Numbered from the stretch's first letter, positions 11,876 through 24,331 are shown. The stretch: 64,000 nucleotides of DNA from Vicugna vicugna (GCA_013265495.1 MU058645.1:620001-684000); one strand, 5' to 3'. Program-made: numbers and translations. The notes: generated by a model from the letters alone, not told the origin.

Positions 11876-12959
11876 CAGCGTCAGCTGACATTGAGCACAG
11901 AAATCTTGGAAGACATTTTTCCTTCTGGTTAAACACTAGATTATTTTAGAAAACATTCTTGTCCCTAGCGAGTCTCCATGCTCCCTTTCAAGAATGTTCT
12001 AAACCTCACCAGCTATGCCTTTCTTAGCCCTGTGATAGTTACCGTCCTGGAATCATGAAGATTAGTGGTACAGATGGTAAAATATTTAACAAAGAGCTGT
12101 TGCTGAGGCTGGATAGTTAATCTCAAAATTAATAAAAATAAGAGCTAAGAAAGAATACAATATAGGGAAAAGATATTTGAACTCCATACAGAAGATCAGA
12201 AGATGCTGCTGAAATTTACAAAGAGAATGACATATCCAAAACCTGATGCTATACTAATCTATTTAATTTAAATACATTACATATAAATGTATGTATATAA
12301 ATGTACGGATGAATGTATATGTATATATATATTATATATATGGAGAGAGAGAGGGAGAGAGAGAGATTTCTATTCGACAAGCCTTCAATGAGGCATTAAC
12401 AATAGAGAAATAAACATGACTATTATGAATATTTCTGCTCTTACAAAGCTCATGATTCACTGGACACATAAATAAATTAAACTGCTAAGCACAGTCCAAA
12501 GAATAATCCTGCTGTAAACTTTCGCCGACAATCATAACTATTCTATAGATCAGGTATTTATTGTACGTTATTTGCATAAACTCAACATTAAAATTAATTA
12601 TAAAAGCGGTAAGTGTTAAGTCCAGTTTTGAAGAAGGAAGAGACAGGATTTGATCGGTGTACTTGGGGTAGGCAAATCAGGAAAAATCTACCACTTGAGA
12701 CATTAGAGGAGCAAGAGCTTTGAGTTCTGCGCAAAAGGTAAATACTTAAAAATTTTTTCTTGAGTTGAATACACAATAAAAGGTTTAGGTAAACAAACTC
12801 ACGTCAAGAAAGGACCTCTTGCTTAATGTTTCTCAAATCTCTGTTCTTATTTTCTGAATAATTATTGATATATTTGATAGTAAAATATATAGAAAGAATA
12901 TAAATTTTAGAATTAATTTAGTAAATAGGACCTTGGCAAGGTAGCTCTCTCTCTCCCTC

Positions 12960-13090
12960 CCTGATGTGAAAAACAGACACACAATTCTAAATTAGGAGAT
13001 AGCTTTGAGAATTAAGTGAGATAAAATACAGAAAGGGCTTAGCTTCATACTTGATACCTACCATACACAAAACAAATATTAGTTCATTTA
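12960..13090 (+). mobile_element. MIR SINE fragment
   Basis: tgagaattaagtgagataaaatac...gggcttagc matches the MIR 3' half. Confidence 0.65.
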
Positions 13091-14924
13091 TTTTGCTCAA
13101 TGTTAGTTCCCTGAGTACTTCAGTACAGGAAATTCTAAGTCTGGTTTTACTAACATATCATAAAGCGCTAGAACATAATGATATTTGAAGACATGACTTT
13201 TATGCTTAAGATTCACACTACTCTAATAAAAGAAAATTCTCCAAGTTGTGATTTTATAAATCTGCTTTGCAGTCGTCCCCAGAGAAATTAAATAAAGCAA
13301 ATCCCACGTGGTTTCATCACAGTCAAATGTAAATTTCCTCTTGGACCAGGAGAACACGCTAGTGATTGTGCCGTATTTAAGCACACTCTGCACATTGCTG
13401 GTAGAACAGAGTTCTATTTCTAAAATTAGCTGCCAGGTAGAAACTTAAGCTCCTCATTAACTTTTTTAAAGAATTCTGCTCCTTTTGGGCACTGCGCCAG
13501 CTTCTGCCTCCTGTTGCCCCTCATGGTCCAGCCTGATAATAGCCACTTGATAAAGAGCAATTATGCACATCTCCTCAATTCAGCACAAGGGAAAGGCAAG
13601 GGAAGGGAGGTTTCCGCATATCTGCGCTCCTGTCTCCTGACTTGCTCTGGCCACCGTAGTCTCAAAGTGAGACCGATGGGGCTTTCTCACTCCCTCCGTG
13701 GAGCCAAGCAGTTCCCCTCCTTTCTGAAGCAGTCAGCAGCTTGTCCCCCTCCCCATCCCACAGCTCCACACTCCCGGGAGGCGAGAGAGGTTGGGGAGTT
13801 CTACACCAAGGTCGCCTTCACTGGGCCCCACGTGCATAGACGTGAAAATCTGAAGATGCACGATTGGGTTCGGCCTTCACCTCCTCCCCAGAAGGAGCAC
13901 AGTGCTTTTTCTGCAGATGGGCAGGATTTTAATGAGACATCTGCTGTCACCATTCACGCCCTTAAGCACAGGTGTTTGACCTCTGCAAAAATGGGGGTGT
14001 CCTGCCCTAGTACACAGCATATTACCACCATAGCAATGAGTTAGACATTAGAATTTCAGAAGCAGGCTCTTCAAAATAGGAGAGAATAATTTACGGGCAG
14101 GAACTCCAAGATAATGAAATAATTCAGATATGCTTTGGTTTTACTGGCACTCGTAAGTATCGTCTGCAACATTCCTCAGGCAAGAAGAAAACCCCCAAAC
14201 ACAGAGCTAAATCTAAAATAAATCCTATTTCATTAAAGAACATTCAATCCAACTTCAACAAACATTTATTAAACAAAACATTATTGAACCTCTATCGTAC
14301 AATTTTTTCCATTCAGTTTTTCATTACTAATATATTCCCTGATTTAATGCTTCTTTTTGTCATACAATTTAGACGTTCATACTATTAAACTCCGCTTAAT
14401 TTGCCCTCTTTCCCACTTGCAATTAAAATGCTGCTATGAATTTGGTGTTTCTTCACAATGAATTTGAACCTGGAGAAGAAAAGATCTTTCTTCTTATGCA
14501 GTAACAGATTTTGCTTTATCAACTGTGCAGGCAGCTGCAGGCTTTGCTAAAAGGTAATATATTTTGTAAATAGAAATCCTTCTCTGAAAGCTGTATTTCC
14601 CAAATTCCTGAACTCTTTTCCAGCCTATTGTTCTCACAAGTTGACTCAGTAGAAGACTTACTGAAGTTCACTCCTTTCGTTCACTCCTCATCCATTCATT
14701 CAGTCACTCCTTCCTGCCTTCCTTCATTCAAGCAAAACTGATTACTGACCAGAGGGCAGGCCCTTAGCTAGGAGCTGGGAATTGGGGAGATCCAATCAAG
14801 ACAAGTCTGACTCTAATGAAGCTGACAGTGTGTGGTTCCACTTTATCCACAGGGAGACTTCAGGGGCTTCCAGACAACGCTGACAGCCTGACAGGGAGAT
14901 TAGTGTACACACACCACGAGGCCA

Positions 14925-15115
14925 CAGTAGTTCAAGTAGGAGTTTCCACCCCCGCCCTGGGAACTTGGGGACGTTATTTTACCCTCTGATCCTTACTTAG
15001 CTCCTCAATGACTGTAGAGCTTCGTAGGGTTAATGGAAGGAGAAATGAAACAACTCAAGCAGAGCACACGACACCAAGCACGTTAAGTGCTCAATAAATG
15101 TTAGCTACTATTATT
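14925..15115 (+). mobile_element. MIR SINE
   Basis: Ends in aagtgctcaataaatgttagctactattatt, the MIR 3' terminus. Confidence 0.8.
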
Positions 15116-15600
15116 TTGTCTAAATTTTTTTTCAGCTGAGGACTTGAATTTTTTTTTAGACCCAGTACAGGGATGACAAACTGCCAGCCTCCAGCCAGCT
15201 GCCACTGCTCGTAGTGAGCATGCCTGCCATAATTCTTCTATGCTATAGCACTGATTAAAAATAGATTTTCATTCCCCCCAGGACAAAGCTAAATCTGTGC
15301 ACCTGGGCTTCCCCGTTGCACTAGGTAAGCCCTGTCATCTCCCTGACAGTATGCTCTTCCCAGATGCTTTAGTCCCCACCCCAGCTCCACCCGAGTCTGC
15401 ACGACCAGAGGAATTCAGGGTCACTCCCCCTGGAGCAGGGAAGAACCTCGCCCATCAGACAAGAGTTAGGAAATCACTTTCCACAATTGTCATAAACCGA
15501 TTATATTAGCTCTAAGAAATCAATGGCGATTTCTTAAACGCCTTCAAAGAATTATAAGAGAGGCTGCCTGGTATCAAAGTTTCGCCCAAGACAAACTCTT

Positions 15601-15641
15601 GGGGCCGGGAGGGGTGGGATGGGGTGGGGCAGGGCGGAGGG
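15601..15641 (+). other. G-quadruplex-forming motif overlapping a GC box
   Basis: ggggccgggaggggtgggatggggtggggcagggcggaggg has at least 7 runs of three or more G. Confidence 0.7.
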
Positions 15642-15789
15642 CACTGTTGGCTCAGACAGGGGACCTTCCAGCCCTGCCCCAATCGGACACGGGGTCCTTT
15701 ATTCTAAAACTAGAACGTCTTCAGCATTTCTGGGCATTGGATGCCCTACGCTGTATCTCTCTCCCGTGAACTGTGTGTGTTTATCTTAC

Positions 15790-15842
15790 CTTCCAGAGAC
15801 GATTTAGAAATCTTCACGTGTCAAGGTTTTGTGAGACTCAGC
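15790..15842 (-). other. Candidate 53-nt exon (closed in all three frames)
   Basis: Acceptor ttttttccccaaccactaactgttag|GCT and a consensus donor AAG|gtaaga. Confidence 0.25.
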
Positions 15843-16284
15843 CTAACAGTTAGTGGTTGGGGAAAAAAATATCTCTACGGTTCATTAGGAGCCGAATATT
15901 CCAAACTCTCAAACTGGATTCCAAATGCCCTGAGAAGGAATCGAGTCTTTCTCAACTTTCAACCCCACGGAAACGTGCATGTCACCTGGGAATATACAGT
16001 CATGAATGAATAAACAAGAGAATGCACAGCAAATCCATGTTCCACTGGTAGAACCCTGGCGCCTTGGCCGTTCTGGCCTTTGGTTCTCACGGCCCTCCAG
16101 GCCCAAACAGAACCGTACACTGGTTCCCAAGTGCAGCCCAACTGCTGCCCACAGGCGCTCAGAACTGGGGGCTTGGGAGCTGGCAGGGAAGCAAAAGGCG
16201 GCATCCGCGCAGGGTCACAGCTACTTCATCACAGGATGTACGCGGAATGTGCAGGAGGGGGGCTGGACCTTCAGGCCCAGAAAG

Positions 16285-16462
16285 GCACACCCACACTCTT
16301 CCCTTCTTCCCCACCCCTCGCCCCTCCCCTTCTCCTGCCAAGCCCCACCCCTTCCCCACGCCCCTCCCATCCCTGTCTCTTATCCCTCCCCTTCTCCCAC
16401 CAAGCCCCACCCTTTCCCCATGCCCTTCCCCTTTTCCCTCCACGCTCCTCCCTTCTATCCTC
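16285..16462. repeat. C/T-rich low-complexity tract containing a 62-bp-period duplication
   Basis: ccctccccttctcc..ccaagccccacc.. occurs at 16322 and 16384; it explains the Pro- and Gly-rich ORFs at 16.0-16.6 kb. Confidence 0.85.
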
Positions 16463-16605
16463 GGCCCTTGAATGTGAATCAGTTTCCTTCCCAGCCTCAT
16501 CAAGTACCATAAATATGGGTATTCTCCAAAATTCCACCCCTTCCCTCTCCTTTTCTTCTTCCTTTATCACAAATCCCACCCATTCCCATATTAAAGCCCC
16601 ACGTT

Positions 16606-16822
16606 AATGGCATGGTGAACAGCACCGGTTCTGGTGCCAGACTGCTCTACCACATTTCAACTGTAGATCCAGAAGCAAGTTATTTAAAAATCTCTGCCTC
16701 AGTGTTTCAATCTTTAAAATAGGGATAGTAATAGTACCTCTTTATATGGGGCCATTGTGTGGATTAAATCAGTTGATATAGGCACAGTGCTAAGAAAAAC
16801 GCCAGTGTAAATATTAGCCATT
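16606..16822 (+). mobile_element. MIR SINE
   Basis: ctctgcctcagtgtttcaatctttaaaatagggatagtaatagtacct is the MIR core. Confidence 0.85.
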
Positions 16823-17950
16823 TTTTTAAAAAAGTGTTGCTATTGTTATTTTTGCATGCAGATGACTCTCAAATCTTAACCTACACTAAGAAATCTCACA
16901 GTCTTCTCAATGTCCAAACGTCTAAGTTTGCATCCATTGAATTTGCATATCTCAAACCCGCTATTTTGTGTATAGTCCCCGACACAATTAGGGAGCCCTC
17001 AGTCACCCAGCTCCCCGGGGCAGAGCCCAAAGGCTGCCTTCTACTCCGAGCTCTCCTTCCCTCCACTTCCTACTAAGGATAAGTACCGACTTTCTTGATC
17101 TCTTCCTCAGACCCTTTGCCACCATGGCCCCTCAGCGGCATGACCACCACCACTGGGAGTCTTCCTTCTATACGTGTCCGCTTCTGCCAGCCCCTCTCTG
17201 CCTCCAAAAGCACACGTGAGCTGAAGCACTGATTCATCACGTTCATCTCAAAGTGTTACTTGTGTCTTTGGGAGGGCAGATGGGGGCGGATGCGATTGGG
17301 AGATCAAAGATCTTGAGGTTTCTTAAGCTGAGAGGAAGGCACACAGGCGTTTGCTGTATTCATTGTCATTAATTTATATATTTATATATACACTTGCTAC
17401 ATATTCTTTTGTATCTAAGATTTATTTACTTTAAAAATCAGCAAAAGTTTAAAAAAACTCTAACTGGGTACAATGCCTGCAGGAAGGGCCTCAACATGGC
17501 TCGTGAGGCTTTTGGCAATCTGATTCAAATAACTCCCCAGTCACGACCTCTGTTCCTCATGTAGAGATGACCCGCCTTCTTGCTTTCATCAACTGCCATG
17601 CAAAGGAAAGGGAAAGGGGATCTGAGGCGCGGAGGTGCAGAATCCAGGGGATGGGTAGATCTCTCCCACCACGCCTGGAGGAGGCGCCCTGATGCCACCT
17701 GCTCCCCTGTCCCTCGAGCACACCACAGTGCCGCAGAAATCAGCAGTTCTCCTGTTGCACGGAAGCAGGCCACTTGCCCCCACCCCAAGGGTGAGCGTGG
17801 TCCTTCATTACAGGGCCCGGCGGCACAGGCAGAAACCACGCCCCCACAGAAGTCATCTTCAAAGCTGCCACTGCTCTGGTCCCCCATCCGTTCTTCAGAT
17901 GAACTTCTGGAGCTGCTCCCAGGCTGGTGTCTCCTCCCCTCACTGCTGAG

Positions 17951-18018
17951 GTGTGTGTACGTGTGTGAATGTGTGTGTGTGCACATGCGTGTGTGCGTTT
18001 GTGTGTGTGTGTGTGTGT
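17951..18018. repeat. Imperfect (TG)n microsatellite
   Basis: Read directly from sequence. Confidence 0.9.
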
Positions 18019-19029
18019 GAGATCTCCTCTCCCTTTGGCTCAGCTGCAAAGCTCTTTTGGTCCCCTGGTCCTTGTGACTTTAACATACCCTGGGAGTGTC
18101 ACGTCCTGCCTCAAACATCACATCACAGTTGGTCTTCCTAACACCATGAACTCCTTTCAGGAATTCTAGTGAATACCATGCTCTTCATCTTGTTAGAATA
18201 GCTTACCTCCCTCTAAACCTTTTGGGCTAGTTACAGCTTTCCCCTCTTGGGATATCAGCGGGACATCAGCATGTCATCATGGGACCAGGGGAGGTGACTT
18301 CTTTTACAGTGGCCCCCACCTCACAATGTTTCCACATGAATACTGGAATCTTCCCAGTCTCCCAGCTTCCCCATATATTGCTGGCTCTGTCTGAAATATC
18401 TCTCTTCCTTCTTATCACCTGGTTAATATCTATTCATTCTACCATCTTCCTTCTGTTTGTTGTCAGCCGCTCCCCAGAATGCCTCTTGAGAAATCTTTAC
18501 CACTCTCTGGTCCACCACATACAGATGCCTAGGTTGTTCACTGCACAACGCCAGTGGGTACCATTCCCATAGCCATTCACATTGGAATCTTTCTGAATGC
18601 TGCCCCCTTGGGTTGTGCCAGGTACAGGCTACATGACCTCTTGCTCTTCCTTTTGTTCTTCCACAGCAAATCCATTCCTCTTTTTGCATAATTTCTTCTT
18701 TCCTGCATGCTTTTCTTTTACTGAGGTCTGTGCTTCTAAGGAGCAGGGAGCATGTTTTCTTTGAGCCTATCCAACGCTTGGCACAGTACCAGGCACACGT
18801 GGTTCTCTGTAAATAAATAAATTAGCTAATTGATCAGTGAGTTCTAAATGGATCGTAAATAATCCGCTTGCTTCTCAACCACAGTGGTCACTTCATGAAG
18901 ATTTTTGATCAATTGTTCTCCATACTTTAATGAGAGAGGCCGCTCAAATGAAAACCCAGGGTCAGAGTGTGTGTAATAAAACTGAGTAGACCCTAATGAA
19001 GATAGTCGCCTAACCACCATGCCTGATTC

Positions 19030-19830
19030 TGATCAGGCGCGAGGTGAGGGTCTCTACTCACCTGCACAAGCAGAGGGTGAGAAAAGCCAGGTAAAGCAGG
19101 CAGGTCAACAAACTGCCAAGGTTTCTCGTGCTTGGGGCGGAGGCGGGGGCATGTTCGCGCTACCGCGCTTCGCCCTGGAAAAGGTCAAAGAAGTCTGGCG
19201 GAGGCATTCCAACGGGAATGCACTGCCTTTTATTTGCAAAGAGGAAGCTGCCGACTGCAGCTCGGGCCCGAGGGCGGGTCTGGGCTCTCGGAGGAGCGCG
19301 CTGCGGCGACGGATCTGAGCCCCATCTCCAGCGCAGGTGATGGCGGCCAGGAATTAGCAAATGGCTGACCCAGCGGGGAGAAGTGTTTAGTAGAAAAAAG
19401 CATTACCCTTAAACATGATTAGTCTATTTTCAATAGACTTCGGGTTGACGAAATGAAGATCAAGCAGGTCTCGGCTCAACTGTTCCAGATTACAATTCCT
19501 GGCGCGTGGCGGCCGGGCGCGCTGAGCGTTGCGCCCCCACGAAATTCACAGCGCCCGCGCCGGCCTGCGCTGTGGGGTCGTTCTGCCTTGTTCCCTGCGT
19601 ATTGTTTCGATTCAGATTATTTCTGGAAACAAGATAATTGTCTCCTGGCTACACAATTCCCCAGAATTCTCCCCAGGCGCTGCTGCCGGGAGGGCTGGGG
19701 CAGCAGGAATGCTATTAGCAGCTCTAGACACGAACCCCCTCCCCTGGGTCTCTCTGACTCCCGGGAATACAGAACAGCTTTTCAGTGCCCACCCCGGAGA
19801 ATTCTCTTCCGTTTTAGGGAGAGATGGGGA
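19030..19830. promoter_or_regulatory. CpG island 1 (orphan; promoter- or Polycomb-type element)
   Basis: Visibly high GC and CpG density (e.g. ggcgcgtggcggccgggcgcgc) with no repeat recognised. Observed/expected ratio not computed. Confidence 0.8.
19062..19174 (-). other. Candidate exon C (113 nt) inside CpG island 1
   Basis: Acceptor cttctttgaccttttccag|GGC and donor CAG|gtgagt. Only one frame is open. Confidence 0.3.
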
Positions 19831-20527
19831 GACAACTTCAGCATGTTTACAACAGTCAAAAACAGGGAGGTGGATGGAAAGAATTCTGTTAAAGGAAAAA
19901 TAAACAGGAGCCTGAAGCATCTATTTGTAGAGAGTCTTCGCTAACAAGCCAAAAGCCAGGGTTTTAAGATCACTCGTGTGAATACCTCCCGGAATGTCTT
20001 CCCTGATTGAGGATGCGTGAGGGTTATTGAGTTTTGAATTAGATGCACTTTAATAAAACAGTAGAATGTTCTTATCTGATTGCACCTGTATTGATTGTGT
20101 TAAAGAGGTCTCTCCTTGGATCAGGGTCAATGATTTTACATACACTTACGAGGGACTCAGACTGGTATTAGTTTTCGGATTCTTGTAGGCCATCCAATTT
20201 GTTACATTTCAGTAATCTAAGAAACACGAGAGCATGTCTCTCGAAGAATATTGTTTTTACTGGTGTAATATTTTGCTTAATCTCCCTGACTACATATTCA
20301 ATTGAGGTATCAAAAAAAAAAAAAAGAAAAACTTGCATTTAAATAACAGAATTTGTTTCAATTGCTCTTAAACTTTAAGAAGTCTTTTGTACAAATAAAA
20401 AGACTCATAGTTACATATCACATAGGAAAACTAGGTACATATCTAAATAAAATGGAATGCACATTTCACAATTAAAATGCAAATATGTATTCAGTTGGTA
20501 TACGTTCAACAATATACTTCAAATTAC

Positions 20528-20620
20528 TTGTTGTATTGTTTCTGATGACTTCCAGAAAATCAATATACACAAATAAACTCATGGACGACTTTCTACCCAT
20601 TAGGACCGTAAACCTCGATT
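20528..20620 (-). other. Candidate exon B (93 nt)
   Basis: Acceptor ttaacgtttttccctgcag|AAT and donor CAA|gtaatt. Only one frame is open. Confidence 0.3.
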
Positions 20621-20794
20621 CTGCAGGGAAAAACGTTAATTGAGCTGAAGTTTGGAAAGTTTTTAATTGCCATGTGTATGATGTTGCAAACACCATCACA
20701 TATAATGAAAGTATTAATAAGGTCATCTTTGAAGTTTTTCTTAAATAGTGGAGATGCCCTTTTAACAGGCAAAACCCACACCTCACTCAACATG

Positions 20795-21460
20795 AGAATT
20801 CATTAATTCTTTCATTCAACTATTCTGTTTTGTTTTGTTTTAGACCCTCTGGCACAGTTCTAAGAATTAGGGATATGATGGTAAACACTTGGGGTCCCTG
20901 CCTTTATGGAGCTGAGGCGCTAGTGCAGATGACAGACAGTAATGAGTGAACAAGTAGGAACATACGCATTCAGATGAGATGGAGCAAATGATGCCCAGTG
21001 GGACTACAGAAAGGTTGAGCAGTGGGTGGGGATTAACGGATGGTAGGACGGTGGTGGTCCTCTAAGAGGAGGTAAAAGATTAGCAGCAACTTGACTAAAA
21101 AGAAGGAGAGGAAAGTGTGAAAGTCTGTAAGAGGAGTGTTCTAGGCAGGAAACTCAGCAAGTTCAGGGACAAGATGTGGATATGAGTTTGTTGTCTTAAA
21201 AGCTGTATGGCCAGAAAGGAGTGAGCAAGGAGGAGAATGGCAGAGATGAAATAGTGGGTTCAGATCCTGAAGAACCAGGAAGGGCATGGTAAGGACCTTT
21301 GATTTTATTTAGTGTGATGGGAAGCTAGTTACTAGTTTAAATAGGGGAAGAACATTCTGATTTGTGAATTGAAATATCACACTGGCTGCTGCTTGGAGGC
21401 TGGATTGGTGGGAGGCATGGATAGAAGCAGTGATGCAAATACAACGATGTGTTGACCATG
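20795..21460 (-). mobile_element. L2 LINE 3' region
   Basis: Starts ttcattcaac (reverse complement of the L2 tail), then purine-rich L2 body (gtgttctaggcagag, ggtaaggacctttgattttatt). Confidence 0.8.
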
Positions 21461-21791
21461 GCTAGTACCTCCCCAAATCGCTTCTCGTTTCTTACACAGA
21501 GAAGGAATTCAGCACTTCTCCTGGACCATCCTGTGACTACCTGGGAAGCTATATTTACTTACTGTCACTCAGGAAGGAGTTACCGGTGGGGCATAATCAG
21601 AAGTCGGGGAGGGAGTCAGACACACGGCATGAGTCCTGTTGGCTTTTCCTTGTTCCTCCTGGCTGTGGTCAAGGGTGTGAACATCATGGCCGGCCTATGA
21701 TGCAGGCATCCTTGACCATGGGGTGACTCTCAGTTAGCAGAACGAGCAAGCAGAAGGATGCCCTACCTCCGGAATTCTGTGTGAAAGAACA

Positions 21792-22286
21792 CAGGCATAC
21801 CTCACTTTATTGGTCATTGCTTTATTGGGCTTAGAACATGTTGCATTTTTTTGTTTTTTACAGATTGAAGGTTGGTGGCAGCTCTACATTGGGCGAGATT
21901 ATTGGTGACATTTTCCCAACAGCTTTTGCTCACTTCATGTCTCCATCTCCTACTNNNNNNNNNNNNNNNNNNNNNNNNNNNNNNNNNNNNNNNNNNNNNN
22001 NNNNNNNNNNNNNNNNNNNNNNNNNNNNNNNNNNNNNNNNNNNNNNNNNNNNNNNNNNNNNNNNNNNNNNNNNNNNNNNNNNNNNNNNNNNNNNNNNTTT
22101 TAAAGTATTTAAGGTATGCACATTTTAGACATAATGTCATTGTATACAAAATAGATGACAAGAGAGTGTCAACAGAACTTTTGTATGCACTGGGAAGCCA
22201 GAACATTTGTGTGACTTGCTCTGTTGCGATACTCGCTTCTTGCGGTGGTTTGGAATAGAAACTGCACGGTGTTTGAGGAATGCCTG
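21792..22286 (+). mobile_element. Tigger1-family DNA transposon, apparently internally deleted (centre is a gap)
   Basis: TIRs caggcatacctc and gaggaatgcctg, right flank TA, and both arms match Tigger1 termini. Confidence 0.9.
21955..22097. other. Assembly gap (143 N)
   Basis: Run of N. Confidence 1.
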
Positions 22287-22359
22287 TAAACTTCTGTTTT
22301 GTTTAAGCCACTGCTATTTTGGGGTTTAGGTTAGGCAAATCTAATTCCAACTAGCTCAG

Positions 22360-23560
22360 TAGGTACCAAAGGCTTAACGATGCAGAAAGGTGTTTGGATT
22401 GAGTATAGTACAGAGAGTGGGAATTATTGGAAATCAAAGTATATTTTGAAAGTAGAATCACGAGTGTTTCCTGATCTGAATGAATGGATGAATCTGGATG
22501 ACAAGAGAAAGAGAGGAACCAAGGATGCCCCCAGGATTTTTGCCTGAGTAACTGGTTGGATTGGAAACGTGGATTATAAAACAAGCTGAAAACAAGCTCT
22601 TAATGTTTAATCACAAGGGGGCAGATTTGTGATGAAAACCTGAACAACTTCCCCATAAATTACTTCTGTTTTTCGATGGAAAGAAGTAAGGTCTTCAGCT
22701 GGGAGTGAGAATGACAGAGCTGCTGGACCCTGAGGAGGGAGGAAAGGGTGAGGGTTGGACGTCTGAGAGAGAGGTGAGTGAACTGAGCTGGGAGATGTGT
22801 TAGCCTTGCTGGCCAGCACTGAAAAGTCACTTAATGTTTGTGATAAGAAGTTTAAAGCAAGACAATCTTCCTGCCACCAGCAGCAGCATCATTGGATAAT
22901 CTTTCCTAGAAATTTACCAAATTGGATAGTCACATCCAACAGGTCAAGTGTGGACATGGAGTTAACGGAGATGGGTTTAACCAAAACGATGGTTTTTCTC
23001 AGAGAGCACAACAGAAGGACGGAGTGGCAAGAGCCCTGAAGACGTATCAAGGGAGTCACCATAGTAACGGACCATGACATTTCAGCTGGGGGAGCAGGGA
23101 GTGGGAGGCTCCGGGAGGGTGGACATCCACAAGGGGTAGAACAAATGACTGGAGGTCTCAGTGTAGATGAAGTCATATTGGTGTGAAAGCATCAGAGTTA
23201 AGTGAGCTGGAAAATTGGCAGATTGGGTGAGAGAATGCTTTATTAAAAGATTTGGTAGGGAGTGTGGTATTGGAAATAGTAAGTACAAGGAAATGGCTGT
23301 GAAAATGGAAGGCAGAAGTGGGGGAGGGAAGTTGATACTGGAGGTGAGCGAATTAGGGAACCGCAGGGCAGGGTGTTTGATGATCCTTCTCCTGGGTGTG
23401 CGAGTCCGGGACAGACGGTTCACGCATTGGTGGGGGAGAGCGACGTGGGTACAGACGCTGGCACTGCCTGGAAGAATGGCAGGGACTTTAACTGGGAAGG
23501 GGAGCACTTGGGACAATCTGATTGTGTGTGTTTTAAACATGCTGGTGGGGTCACTGCTTG
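22360..23560 (-). mobile_element. Decayed L2 body (probable ORF2 region), likely continuing the 20.8 kb L2
   Basis: aaccaaggatgcccccaggatttttgcctgagtaactgg and later purine-rich L2-type sequence; same orientation as the 20.8 kb piece. Confidence 0.6.
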
Positions 23561-24331
23561 GCCTACTTTGTTCACTCTATGGAAGAGAAGCAGACAGTGG
23601 TCTGGAAAACGGGGAGGACCCCACCCCATGCCCAGGCCCTGCGGAGTGCATCACGTGGAAGGCAGCCATCACTCAGAGGCCCTCAGTGGAGACCATGTTT
23701 CAGGAGGTAGCTGGGTCTGTGCTAGAGCAGGAAGGTGATGCCTTGATAACCAGATTCCACACAAAACAAATTTTGACAATGATGTGGTAAAAATAGAAAG
23801 AAAGAAAGAAAAGAAAACTGTGAATACCTGTGTAGACCAACCCATGTAGACACTCTGCAGACTGGGACACACAGGAAGTATCTTTAGTTTGGAGGCTGGG
23901 ATTGGGACCTGTGGGAAGAAGCGAGCTTTCCTGTCAAAGCCCCGTGAGTAGGCGGGGCTGACTGTCGAAGCCTCGAGACCATTCATTCCCCATTTCCGCT
24001 TGGAGGATGTACTTGAAAGTCAGAATCAGACGAGCGTGGTCAGGTCTCAGTTTCACTATCCCCAAGCCTTCCCTGGGCTTGAAGAACAGTCAGGGGACTG
24101 TCACACAGGTGCATGGTAGCATTTTCTTTTAGGAAGTATCCAGAGACCCATAGTGGTGGGCCTTTCAGCTTGAATTCCTGAAGTGTGGGGCTAGCTGTAG
24201 TCAGATGCTCTTTCCAGACCTAAAGATCCATAACTTCAAGCTATTACTGAGGTTTAAGACATACAAATGAGTTTTTAGAAAGAGAAATTCTAAGACCCCA
24301 AAATATTGACACCATCCCTTCCTGGGCTGCG

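Larger units (their letters stand above)
21500..22355 (+). mobile_element. Old MLT1 (MaLR) LTR, split by Tigger1
   Basis: gcatccttgaccatgggg... lies before the Tigger and aacttctgttttgtttaagccactgctattttgggg after it, the MLT1 3' end. Left boundary approximate. Confidence 0.65.

Noticed and set aside
14502-14553. Plus-strand coding exon TDFALSTVQAAAGFAK
   Set aside because: Splice sites are good, but it is isolated, no protein is recognised, and an equally good minus acceptor overlaps it.
21477-21487. U2 snRNA 5' end (atcgcttctcg)
   Set aside because: Only 11 nt match and the downstream sequence diverges, so it is a chance match.
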